From Candidatus Aegiribacteria sp. (GTDB taxonomy: Bacteria > Fermentibacterota > Fermentibacteria > Fermentibacterales > JCC-6), in contig JAWOBF010000100.1 of NCBI GenBank assembly GCA_046498225.1, positions 1 through 22,036 of the forward strand: a DNA stretch of 22,036 nt, written 5' to 3'. Positions 1-8,277 of this stretch are shown piece after piece (positions within the stretch are counted from its first letter, which is position 1; each line of letters begins with the position of its first letter). The translations under genes and the position numbers were made by a program. The notes below the pieces were generated by a model. The model did not search any database and was not told where the DNA came from. It worked only from the letters and a program-made list of their open reading frames with translations.

Positions 1-1128
1 GGAGATATCCAGCAGTTTTCGAAAGCCGTCGGAATCCCGGGAAATCTCATCGAGTGCGGCTTCATCGTCATTCCAGCGAACGCTTCCCTTCTCTTCCGTT
101 CCCAGGACTATCTCTTCCACAGTCAGACGGTTCTGGGTTAGCGTCCCTGTCTTGTCGGTGAAAATGGTATTCGTTTCCCCCAGTGTTTCCACGGAGGCAA
201 GGCGTTTAACTATCACATGATGGTCCGCCAGCCGTAGCATTCCCCTGGCCAGGGCCACGCTGGCCACGATGGCCAGCCCCTCGGGAATTGCCGCGATGGC
301 CCAGGCTATGGACGTCTGAGCTATCCGATAAAGGTCCTTGTCGGCCAGATATCCGGCGATGGTCAGCAGGAGCGCCAGTCCCAGCACCAGCCAGATGAGG
401 TTCCTCGAGAGTTCTTCCAGCCTTCTGTTCAGAGGTATCTCTTCCCCGCCGGCGGAGCTTACCAGCTCCGAGATATTTCCTATTTTGGTGTCCATTCCGG
501 TGGCTGTCACGATGCCCCTGGCTTTTCCCCGGGTAACCGTAGTTCCCTTGTAGGCCATGTTCAGCCGGTCGCCGGTCTGGGCATCTTCCTCTACGGCGGA
601 TGTGCCCTTTTCCACCGGTACCGATTCTCCGGTGAGGGGGGACTCGTTAATCTGCAGTTCCGAAACCTCCACAAGCCGCAGGTCGGCGGGGACAAGCGCG
701 CCCGGTACCAGAAGCACCACATCTCCCGGAACGACTTCTTCGGCATCGATTTCCTGCTCTTCGCCATCGCGGACCACCCGGGCCGTCAATCTGTCCATTT
801 CCTTGAGGGCATTCATGCTCCTGCGCGCCTGGAATTCCATCCAGAACCCGATGGCAGCATTGATGAGCATAACGGCCGCAATGGCGACTCCTTCCGGGAT
901 ATCCCCGAAAATGAAGGAGAGCGAAGCGGCGCCAGCCAGAAGGTACATGACGGGCGTGAGGAACTGCCCGAACAGTATGTTCCAGAGTGACCTTTCCTCA
1001 TGCTCGGCCAGCTTGTTTCGTCCACATTCCTTCAGGCGACGGGCGGCCTTCTTCTCGGGCAGGCCCTTGAGTGGGTCGGTATCGGTGTTTTCCAGGAACC
1101 GCTCCTTCTCCATTGAGTGCGGTTTCAT
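1..1128 (-). CDS. Cation-transporting P-type ATPase (type II, Ca2+/Na+-like), 5' part; runs off window start
   Basis: Not in the ORF track. The minus strand translated from ATG at 1128 gives MKPHSMEKERFLENTDTDPLKGL..., NESPLTGESVP (actuator TGES), AIPEGLA (TM4 PEGL) and SVETLGETNTIFTDKTGTLTQN (phosphorylation motif). Confidence 0.95.
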   Translation of the reverse strand, partial: MKPHSMEKERFLENTDTDPLKGLPEKKAARRLKECGRNKLAEHEERSLWNILFGQFLTPVMYLLAGAASLSFIFGDIPEGVAIAAVMLINAAIGFWMEFQARRSMNALKEMDRLTARVVRDGEEQEIDAEEVVPGDVVLLVPGALVPADLRLVEVSELQINESPLTGESVPVEKGTSAVEEDAQTGDRLNMAYKGTTVTRGKARGIVTATGMDTKIGNISELVSSAGGEEIPLNRRLEELSRNLIWLVLGLALLLTIAGYLADKDLYRIAQTSIAWAIAAIPEGLAIVASVALARGMLRLADHHVIVKRLASVETLGETNTIFTDKTGTLTQNRLTVEEIVLGTEEKGSVRWNDDEAALDEISRDSDGFRKLLDIS

Positions 1129-1459
1129 ATGAGAACTATCCCGTGGGCCGCGCGAATGAAGTATGCCTTGCATTCTTCCCATCTGAACGGCACCGGCATT
1201 ACAGCCATCGGTTCCCTCTCCGCTTGCTCGAAATAGTCAGTACCCGTCCGGCATCGCCATAGTGATGCAATACAGATATACAGTCAGTAATATAGAAGGG
1301 CATGGACATCGGACGACATGGCGTCCGCGATCTCCGTCAGCAGCGAACCGGACAGGTGAACATCCTTAACTTTCTTCCAGGGGGATAGTCGAATGGTCGC
1401 CAGGGTCTTATCTTCCTGTGAAGGATCCGAGAAGGTGGGACCCATGAAGGAGGCGTAAG

Positions 1460-3355
1460 ATGATTTTCCTGTTGATGCTCTCGGTTGTTTCCGGTCTACA
1501 TCCCATGCTGCAGGACATGGCGCTCCGAAGACCTCTGCCGGGATGGACGATAGAAGAGACGGACCATCCCGAAAATCCGGTGGACATCCTGCACTACGAT
1601 CTGGCCATAGAGGTCTTCAGGGACATCCAGGAGATCTACGGTACAACCGGTATCACGATGACATCGGCAGGCGGGACCGTATCCGACATAAGGCTGGACC
1701 TCAGGCAGCTCACCGTCGACTCCATCTGGGACGCCGCGGGCGATCTCCCGTTCTATCAGCAGGAGGACTCTCTCTTCATCACGCTTTCTTCACCGCTGAC
1801 CCCATCGGATACAGTGGAGCTGTTCGTAGCCTATGGCGGCTTTCCCTACCATGAGTCGTGGGGCGGTTTCTGGTTCCATCCCTACATCACATATCACATA
1901 GGCGTAGGCATCTACACTCCCGGCCAGTGCATGGGGAAGTGCCTGTTCCCCTGCTGGGACTTCCAGAACGACAAGGCCACCTACGATTTCCACATAACAT
2001 GCCCCGACACCCTCTACGCTGTCGCCAACGGTGATTCGGCCGGCGTGGACTACTCCGGAGGGAAGGCGACTTTCCACTGGAGCTTCGACCAGCCCCTGCC
2101 CACCTATCTGGTGACACTCGCAGTCGGAGAGTACGCCGTGCTGCATGACTCTACCGATTCCAGGATCTACTACTACGTCTACGAATGGGAGATCGAAGAT
2201 GCCCTGGGCAGCTTCTCGAACGTTGATCTTATGCTGGCGAACCTGGAGTCTCTGTACGGGCCCTACCCCTGGGACTGCAAGTTCAGCCTCGTGCAGACCC
2301 CCAACGGCGACATGGAGCATACCTCGGCCATAGCCCACTGGGCCAGCGCGGTTAACGGCAACAACTACTGGGACTGGCTGATAGCGCATGAGATGACCCA
2401 CCACTGGTGGGGCTGCTGCGTCTCCCACGTGGACTGGCAGAGCATCTGGCTGAAGGAGGCCTTCTCGACCTACGGCGAAGCTCTCTGGATGGAGACCTAC
2501 GGGGAGGAGGAGTACACGGAGTATATGGTCCAGAGCATCATGATCCCCTACCTCAACAGCGGTGAGCTGTTCCCCATAGCCTATCCGACCACCCCTTCGC
2601 AGATATTCGGCTACACCACCTACGAGAAGGCCGCATCGGTGCTGCACATGCTCCGATATGTGCTGGGCGACGAGGATTTCTTCGATTCCATGAACTGGCT
2701 CTTCCAGCAGCACATGTACGGCACCATGACCGGCGATGACTTCCGGGACGCGGTGGAATTCGTGACCGGCGGGGATATTGACTGGTTCATGGACACATGG
2801 ATCTACGACTGGGGCTACCCGGTCTACGACATTGCCAGCAGCTGGATCGAAACTGTCGACGCCTGGGAGCTGACGATACATCTGAGCCAGGTCCAGTCCA
2901 CGGGACCGGTCTTCGAGATGCCGGTGGAGTTCCTGGTGCAGGGCATCTCCCAGGATACTCTCGTGACCATGTGGAACGATTCGGCAGTGCAGCAGGAGGT
3001 CTACCAGGTCTCATTCGAACCGGTCGAGGTCATCTTCGACCCCTACAGCCACATCCTCTGCGGCAACGTGCTGACCGGAATAGAGGAATCCCCGCTCCCG
3101 CCCGAGGGCCTCGGTACGGTACACCTCGGACCGAATCCCTGCCGCCTGACGACCACCCTTATCTGGACCGGCGCCGAGAACATGGAACTGGGGGTCACCG
3201 TATACGACATGTCCGGGAGGGTATGCCTGGAGGACAGGCTCTATCCCGGTGACAGGACCCTGGACGTCTCGTCGCTCCCGCCCGCCATGTACCTCCTGGA
3301 CATCAGGGGAGAGGGAAGCATCAGGCAGTCCGCCAGGATGGTGGTCCTGGAATGA
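1460..3355 (+). CDS. Secreted M1-family zinc aminopeptidase with C-terminal T9SS-like sorting domain
   Basis: RBS AGGAGG and a hydrophobic N-terminus. GDMEH (GXMEN-like), HEMTH-X18-E (WLKEAF) and catalytic Tyr in TYEKAA. The C-terminus PNP...VTVYDMSGR...LDVSSLPPAMYLL...RMVVLE is typical of type A CTDs. Confidence 0.92.
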   Translation: MIFLLMLSVVSGLHPMLQDMALRRPLPGWTIEETDHPENPVDILHYDLAIEVFRDIQEIYGTTGITMTSAGGTVSDIRLDLRQLTVDSIWDAAGDLPFYQQEDSLFITLSSPLTPSDTVELFVAYGGFPYHESWGGFWFHPYITYHIGVGIYTPGQCMGKCLFPCWDFQNDKATYDFHITCPDTLYAVANGDSAGVDYSGGKATFHWSFDQPLPTYLVTLAVGEYAVLHDSTDSRIYYYVYEWEIEDALGSFSNVDLMLANLESLYGPYPWDCKFSLVQTPNGDMEHTSAIAHWASAVNGNNYWDWLIAHEMTHHWWGCCVSHVDWQSIWLKEAFSTYGEALWMETYGEEEYTEYMVQSIMIPYLNSGELFPIAYPTTPSQIFGYTTYEKAASVLHMLRYVLGDEDFFDSMNWLFQQHMYGTMTGDDFRDAVEFVTGGDIDWFMDTWIYDWGYPVYDIASSWIETVDAWELTIHLSQVQSTGPVFEMPVEFLVQGISQDTLVTMWNDSAVQQEVYQVSFEPVEVIFDPYSHILCGNVLTGIEESPLPPEGLGTVHLGPNPCRLTTTLIWTGAENMELGVTVYDMSGRVCLEDRLYPGDRTLDVSSLPPAMYLLDIRGEGSIRQSARMVVLE

Positions 3356-3401
3356 TCGTGCCGGTTCCGGAAGCGGAGGTCGGAATACTGAAGGAGGCTT
3401 T

Positions 3402-4232
3402 ATGACCGCAGCAATGGCGCTGATACTGGCGGGCTCCCTGGCGGCCGGCGGTATCCACGCCCGCGCCACAGAGGAGGACAGTCCGCAGCAGTTCACACTG
3501 ACTCTGGAGAACAGCTGGTACCTGGGTTGGACCGGGGGCGACAATCTCGCCGAGATAACCTACGAGTCGGGCCTGGACCGCATCTGGCTCCTGGGCATAT
3601 CCTTGGACCAGCTCTACACCGTGCCTGTCGAAGATCCCACGATCGTCGAGGACACACTGGATGTACCTTGCGATTCGCCCTCGGGAATAGCTGTGAGAGG
3701 AACGGGCTATTCCCGCTACCTGTATCTGGTGGACAGCAACTACCAGGGTGACTACTGGGTATACCACAACGACTCCTGGCTCATGCAGACAGGCAATCCC
3801 GCCGGAGAGTACGGAACGGCCCTGGAGGTCGAGGAAAGCGGATGGCTCTGGGAGACCGTTCACTACTACGGCATAATGAGGTTCTATCCCGGAAGCGGCA
3901 CATACCAGATGTTCGATTACCATACCCCGGACGAATCAGGCAGCGGTATAACCATTTTTCCCTACGCAGGTCAGACCGGGGTGGCGGTTTCGTACTTCGG
4001 TTATGACAGAGTAGAGTTCTACGTCTTCGATCCGCCGGATATCCTGACATTCACGGGAGATGCGGAGATCCCGGTGGAGGTGGACTGCTGCTGCGGTCTG
4101 GAATACGTGCCTGAAAGATCTACCTTCTACATGCCGGTACGGATCTCGGGACTTACGCACATGCTGGAGTTGGGGTGCGATATTCTCGAGCTGCGGCAGG
4201 ATACCTGGGGAGGTATCAAGTCCATGTTCTGA
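3402..4232 (+). CDS. Secreted hypothetical protein (probable beta-propeller) ending in TWGGIKSMF motif
   Basis: Start moved to ATG 3402, after RBS AAGGAGG. Signal peptide MTAAMALILAGSLAAG, beta-rich repeats (PSGIAV, GSGITI, CGLEY) and C-terminal LRQDTWGGIKSMF. Confidence 0.75.
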   Translation: MTAAMALILAGSLAAGGIHARATEEDSPQQFTLTLENSWYLGWTGGDNLAEITYESGLDRIWLLGISLDQLYTVPVEDPTIVEDTLDVPCDSPSGIAVRGTGYSRYLYLVDSNYQGDYWVYHNDSWLMQTGNPAGEYGTALEVEESGWLWETVHYYGIMRFYPGSGTYQMFDYHTPDESGSGITIFPYAGQTGVAVSYFGYDRVEFYVFDPPDILTFTGDAEIPVEVDCCCGLEYVPERSTFYMPVRISGLTHMLELGCDILELRQDTWGGIKSMF

Positions 4233-4340
4233 GAGTTCAAGCTCTCCTCAGGCCGTCGTATTTCCGGTTTTTCGTGACAAGAGACCGTGCCTTGTCCCCC
4301 ACCTGTCTTTCCTGATTATGATACCCACTTCGACGCAGAT

Positions 4341-4370
4341 CGTCTACCTAATTTCATGAACGGGTTTACA
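4341..4370. promoter_or_regulatory. Putative BirA (biotin repressor) operator
   Basis: CGTCTACC-N14-GGTTTACA lies immediately before the bioY RBS and resembles the BirA consensus TGTaAACC-N14/15-GGTTtACA. The right arm is perfect and the left arm degenerate. Confidence 0.7.
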
Positions 4371-4377
4371 GGAGGGA

Positions 4378-5043
4378 ATGATGCGGATAGAAGCTGCCGT
4401 TGCGGATTACGACAGACTGAGAAGGGATGTTTTCCAGCTCCGGGAGAGCATGGCCGGAGGAAGGAGGCTGGCACTCGCTCTCCTCTTCGCCTTTTCGACC
4501 GGTGTAATGGCACAGCTGAGGTTCCAGGTCCCCTGGACACCGGTACCGGTCACTGGACAGGTGCTGGCCGTCCTCATGGCGGGAGCGATCCAGGGCGGGA
4601 GGTGGGGGGCGCTGAGCCAGTCGATCTATCTATTTTTGGGCGTTGCGGGAGTCCCCTGGTTCAACGGTTTTTCGTCAGGACTCTCAGTACTTGCAGGTCC
4701 GACCGGGGGCTATCTTCTCGGATTCGTCCCGGCGGCCCTCGCGGTCGGTCATATCGTGGACCGCTGCGGGGAACTGCGGACCCTTCCCCGGCTGCTGGCG
4801 GTACTCTCCTCGGTCACCCTCTTCTGTATCTACCTTCCGGGTATCGTCCAGCTTGCCTTCTGGTATCGCGCGGCAGCCGGTTCGTTCCCCTCGGTGGGCC
4901 CTGTCCTGATGGCGGGAGTCATCCCATTTCTGCCTGGTGAGGCTGTGAAGATACTATACGCAGGCCTCTTCATCAGGATCGCCGGTCCCCCGGCGGTGAA
5001 ACCGTTCTCGGAGGATGACGGCTTCGGTATCGACCGCAACTGA
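4378..5043 (+). CDS. bioY: Biotin transporter BioY (ECF S component)
   Basis: Motifs PWTPVPVTGQVLAVL, YLFLGVAGVPWF, GPTGGYLLGF and GVIPFLPGEAVK; RBS GGAGG. Confidence 0.95.
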   Translation: MMRIEAAVADYDRLRRDVFQLRESMAGGRRLALALLFAFSTGVMAQLRFQVPWTPVPVTGQVLAVLMAGAIQGGRWGALSQSIYLFLGVAGVPWFNGFSSGLSVLAGPTGGYLLGFVPAALAVGHIVDRCGELRTLPRLLAVLSSVTLFCIYLPGIVQLAFWYRAAAGSFPSVGPVLMAGVIPFLPGEAVKILYAGLFIRIAGPPAVKPFSEDDGFGIDRN

Positions 5044-5201
5044 TTCTATCAGAATCCGTGATCCGCGCAATATTCCAACCTCGTGAAGTGTGTCCACCTG
5101 ACCTGTCCGGTCGGGGTTCCGGACTCCGAACTCGATCACCTTCATCAGCCGGATCCTGGCTCCGGAGGGAGGTCTGTCTTCCGGGAGAGTTTTCGTTTTC
5201 C

Positions 5202-5326
5202 GTCAGGCTATTCCGTTCATTGACCGGTTGAATATGCTTCAGTATCATGCAATCAAGCACTGTAATTGTAACTGACGTAACAGTGAGAATAACGCTGGTT
5301 TTTGGACAATATCACATTGCAGATTG
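5202..5326. repeat. Dispersed repeat family B, copy 1 (~125 bp)
   Basis: gtcaggctattccgttcattgaccggttgaatatgcttcagtatcatgcaatcaagc...gacaatatcacattgcagattg aligns with 15219-15336 in the same orientation. Confidence 0.92.
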
Positions 5327-5947
5327 GAAACACCCTTGAAAGAGGAACTTCAGGCCGTTGCGACTATCATGGCTCTGGTGAATCCGGCCATGTGCGTCGC
5401 GATCTTCTCCAGAATCGCCGGTGACCGGCCCAGGAACGTAAGGATAAAGGAAGCCTTTACATCGGTGTTTATTATCGTCGTTGTTCTGATGATCGCCGCG
5501 CTCTTCGGAACCACAATCCTGAAGCTTTTCGGTGTTTCGCTTAGCGCTTTCTCGTGCGCCGGAGGAGGCATTCTGGTTTGGATCGGCGTAAACATGCTTT
5601 CCGCCAGACAGACAGGAGAAGCGGGCGTTGGAGACGGGGCCGAAGGCGGAATAACTTCGCTGATGCCCCTGATACTGTTCGGCGCAAGCCCCGGAACCAT
5701 CACCGGAGTTATAACCGTATCGGCTTCACACTCCAGGTTCGCCATACCTGTTACTGCGATCATCGCCATAGCGGTAACCTGCCTGATACTGCTTGCCGTT
5801 CTTCTGTTTGCGGCAAGGACCGACGGTAAGAACGGCAGCAAGAGCATTGCCAGCAGGATGCTGACCAGCTACATGGGGGTGATAGTGATAGCCATGGGTA
5901 TTCAGTTTGCGCTTACCGGGTACCGGGATTTCATGGCGGCCGGGTGA
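5324..5947 (+). CDS. marC: MarC family small neutral amino acid transporter
   Basis: Six hydrophobic segments; ALVNP, ILKLFGVSLSAFSCAGGGIL, PLILFGASPGTITGVI, MGVIVIAMGIQF. Start uncertain because the TTG overlaps the end of repeat B1. Confidence 0.88.
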   Translation: METPLKEELQAVATIMALVNPAMCVAIFSRIAGDRPRNVRIKEAFTSVFIIVVVLMIAALFGTTILKLFGVSLSAFSCAGGGILVWIGVNMLSARQTGEAGVGDGAEGGITSLMPLILFGASPGTITGVITVSASHSRFAIPVTAIIAIAVTCLILLAVLLFAARTDGKNGSKSIASRMLTSYMGVIVIAMGIQFALTGYRDFMAAG

Positions 5948-5991
5948 TTTGGAAGAGCGGTTTTCGCTGGCTTGAAACGCAGAGATGCTTT

Positions 5992-6093
5992 CCTGTCCCA
6001 CCGACGTCGGCGCCGAGTCAATTGATTCAGGCACTCAAGGGTTGGACGTCGCACCATCTTCATGAGGACTTTCGAACGTCGGGGAAGCAGTTC
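5992..6093 (+). mobile_element. Short internal fragment of IS200/IS605 TnpA (Y1 HUH transposase)
   Basis: Translates as PVPPTSAPSQLIQALKGWTSHHLHEDFRTSGKQF, resembling the TnpA segment after the HUH motif (VPPxxAPSxLxQxLKGxTSxxLxxEF). The HUH motif and catalytic Tyr are absent. Confidence 0.7.
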
Positions 6094-6157
6094 ATGGATA
6101 GATGGACCGCTCTTGGAACCGGTAATGAGGATGAGCAGGAGAATCCGCTGTCCCATT
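6070..6157 (+). repeat. Dispersed repeat family A, copy 1 (3' half only)
   Basis: ggatagatggaccgctcttggaaccggtaatgagg...aatccgctgtcccatt aligns with ggatggatggactgcttttgaagccggtagtgaga...actccactgtcccatt at 14711-14770. Confidence 0.8.
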
Positions 6158-6176
6158 GCTTGAAAGGGTTTTCATA

Positions 6177-7856
6177 ATGGGTGTAGACAAGAAGGCTGAT
6201 ACTATTCTCTACAATGGCGTGTTTTTCACACCGGGAAATGAATCACAGGATGGATGTCTGGCGATTCGTGACGGACATATTATCTACATTGGCTCCGAAG
6301 CCGGCAGTAAAGAGTTCGTCAACAGTGAAACGCAGTTTGTGGATTGTCAGAACAACTCCGTTCTGCCGAGTTTTTTCGACAGCCATTGCCACGCCTTCAT
6401 GGGCGGCAGACTCATGAATTCCTGTCTGCTGCTCTCCGGAAAGAACAGGGAGGATTATTTCGATCTGATCAAACAATACGCTGATCAGCATAAAGATAAA
6501 GGGTTTATTCTCGGATTTGGCTGGTGTCATATGCCGTTTGAATCAATCGGACCGTCTAAGAAGGACCTGGACAGATTGATTCCGGACAGGCCGGCCATCT
6601 TTCTCTCTATTGATTATCATTCCGCCTGGGTGAATTCAAAAGCGCTGGAAATAGCAGACATCGATGAAAACACATCCGATCCCTCCGGCGGCCATATCGA
6701 GAGAGAGCCGGGGTCTGATGAGCCTCACGGGTGCTTGAGAGAAATGCCGACTATCCGACTTGTCACCACGAAACTCTCTCAGCCGGGAAAGACCGAATGG
6801 AAAGACGCACTTCGGGACTATATGAAACGAGCGGCGAAGAACGGCATTACCTCCATCTTCGATGCCGGTATTCTGAACTCCGAACAGGAACCTGGCTTTT
6901 CCGCTGCTGTGGAAATGGATAATGAGGGGGAATTGACGATCAGGATGAGGCTCAGCCATCTATGCATACCCGATCTCGGAAAAGGACAGGTCCCCGGACT
7001 GATTGAGGCAAGGCAAAAGTACCGGAGTAGAAATGTGAACCTCAATGTGGCCAAGATCTTTATGGACGGAACGATTGAAGGGCACACGGGCTTTTTACTG
7101 AAACCGTACGAGGACAGGATAGGATACAGGGGCAAGCCTGTCTGGGATGAGGAGAATTTCAAGCAGACTGCGCTGGAATTGCACAAGAACGGGTTTCAGA
7201 TCCACGTTCACTCCATTTCAGACGGGGCGACGAGAAACACTGTCGACGGATTGGAATATGCGCAGACAGAACACAAGGGCCAGAATCTGCGACATACCCT
7301 GGCCCATCTGGAACTTGTAGACCGGGAGGATATCAAGCGGTTCAACAAACTGGGACTCGTGGCCAGCATACAACCGTCCCGATACTATATGGACAGTGAT
7401 TATTTTAAGGAAACGGTACCGTTGCTTTCAGGAGAACGGGCGAATGAGAGATATCTACTGGAGGACTTCAAAAGGGATAAAGCGGATATAGCGTTCGGCT
7501 CCGACTGGCCATGGGGAACGGTTTCAAGTTCCATGGACCCTTTCAAGGCGATCGGAACGGCCGTCATCAGAAGCAAGATGAAAAATGATTCAATTAATGA
7601 ATATGAGCTGAATGATGAGGTTGACAACCCGTATGAACCCGGCGAGAGAATCGACCTGAGATCTGCGATTGAATACCATACAATCGGCGGCGCCTATCAG
7701 AATTTCATCGAGGACACAACCGGAACGATCGAAACCGGAAAGAAGGCGGATCTGGTCATCCTCAACGAGGATGTTTTCTCAAAGAGGGACAAGTCTCAAA
7801 AAGACACGGAAGTTGTCATGACCTTGTTCGAGGGCCGGATCGTATATGAGAAATAA
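6177..7856 (+). CDS. Amidohydrolase family 3 (YtcJ-like metal-dependent hydrolase)
   Basis: FFDSHCH, DYHSAWVNSKAL, KIFMDG, HVHSISD, LAHLE, FGSDWP, GTIETGKKADLVIL. ATG 6177 follows GAAAGG. Visibly more AT-rich than its neighbours. Confidence 0.92.
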   Translation: MGVDKKADTILYNGVFFTPGNESQDGCLAIRDGHIIYIGSEAGSKEFVNSETQFVDCQNNSVLPSFFDSHCHAFMGGRLMNSCLLLSGKNREDYFDLIKQYADQHKDKGFILGFGWCHMPFESIGPSKKDLDRLIPDRPAIFLSIDYHSAWVNSKALEIADIDENTSDPSGGHIEREPGSDEPHGCLREMPTIRLVTTKLSQPGKTEWKDALRDYMKRAAKNGITSIFDAGILNSEQEPGFSAAVEMDNEGELTIRMRLSHLCIPDLGKGQVPGLIEARQKYRSRNVNLNVAKIFMDGTIEGHTGFLLKPYEDRIGYRGKPVWDEENFKQTALELHKNGFQIHVHSISDGATRNTVDGLEYAQTEHKGQNLRHTLAHLELVDREDIKRFNKLGLVASIQPSRYYMDSDYFKETVPLLSGERANERYLLEDFKRDKADIAFGSDWPWGTVSSSMDPFKAIGTAVIRSKMKNDSINEYELNDEVDNPYEPGERIDLRSAIEYHTIGGAYQNFIEDTTGTIETGKKADLVILNEDVFSKRDKSQKDTEVVMTLFEGRIVYEK

Positions 7857-7941
7857 TGACAGGAAAACCTCACATGACGGTTGAGCAGGTTGCCTTTACG
7901 GGATAAACAAGTACAGTATCCTGCATTCCCCATATCAATGT

Positions 7942-8011
7942 TTTTGCCAGCTGAAGCCCTCGATCGATGGTGAACCGATTTTCGAGGTGTGCAGCTCACT
8001 CTCGAAGCCGC
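7942..8011. repeat. Repeat family C, copy 1 (70-bp imperfect hairpin)
   Basis: 69/70 identical to 9931-10000, direct orientation. Nested inverted arms AGCTG/CAGCT, CTCGA/TCGAG and ATCG/CGAT. Confidence 0.97.
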
Positions 8012-8015
8012 CTGA

Positions 8016-8199
8016 ATCCTGCTACAGAGAAGTTGTGTATCCCGGTGAGCAGTTTCCAGACCAATGCGGTATTAACTCACGCTTGCCAGAGCATGTTTCA
8101 CTCGATATGGTTCGATTCAAGAATTATTGTAAGGCTGTTTGGAATGGATGGACTGCGCTGTATGCAGAAGACTGGAAGGGGCAAAATCCACTTTCCTGA
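8016..8199 (+). repeat. Dispersed repeat family A, copy 2 (most diverged; reading frame open)
   Basis: Aligns without gaps to 12310-12432 over 123 bp (74 identities counted by hand), then continues with ggaatggatggactgc...aatccactttcc as in the other copies. Confidence 0.8.
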
Positions 8200-8277
8200 C
8201 TCCGAGCTGTTCCGGCTTCAGAGCCTGGCCCAGGACCAGGTGGCAAAAAGGCTGACGAACGTTCTCGAGAACCTCTG

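Noticed and set aside
338..1132. Plus-strand ORFs 338-553 and 557-1132
   Set aside because: Antisense shadows of the P-type ATPase.
1268..1290. LexA-like TACAGATATACAGT
   Set aside because: It does not form the CTGT-N8-ACAG dyad.
1790..3923. Long minus-strand ORFs (363, 177 and 200 aa)
   Set aside because: Antisense to well-supported GC-rich genes, with no motifs; the same applies to the alternative ORFs over the GT, ABC, PPC and ChaN genes.
5045..5200. Possible gene fragment on the minus strand (RIRLMKVIEFGVRNPDRTGQVDTLHEVGIL)
   Set aside because: No recognisable family; left unannotated pending BLASTX.
7942..8011. Minus-strand reading of C (IEGFSWQK) as a TnpA/RAYT fragment
   Set aside because: Only a 3-4 residue resemblance; the flanking residues do not fit.
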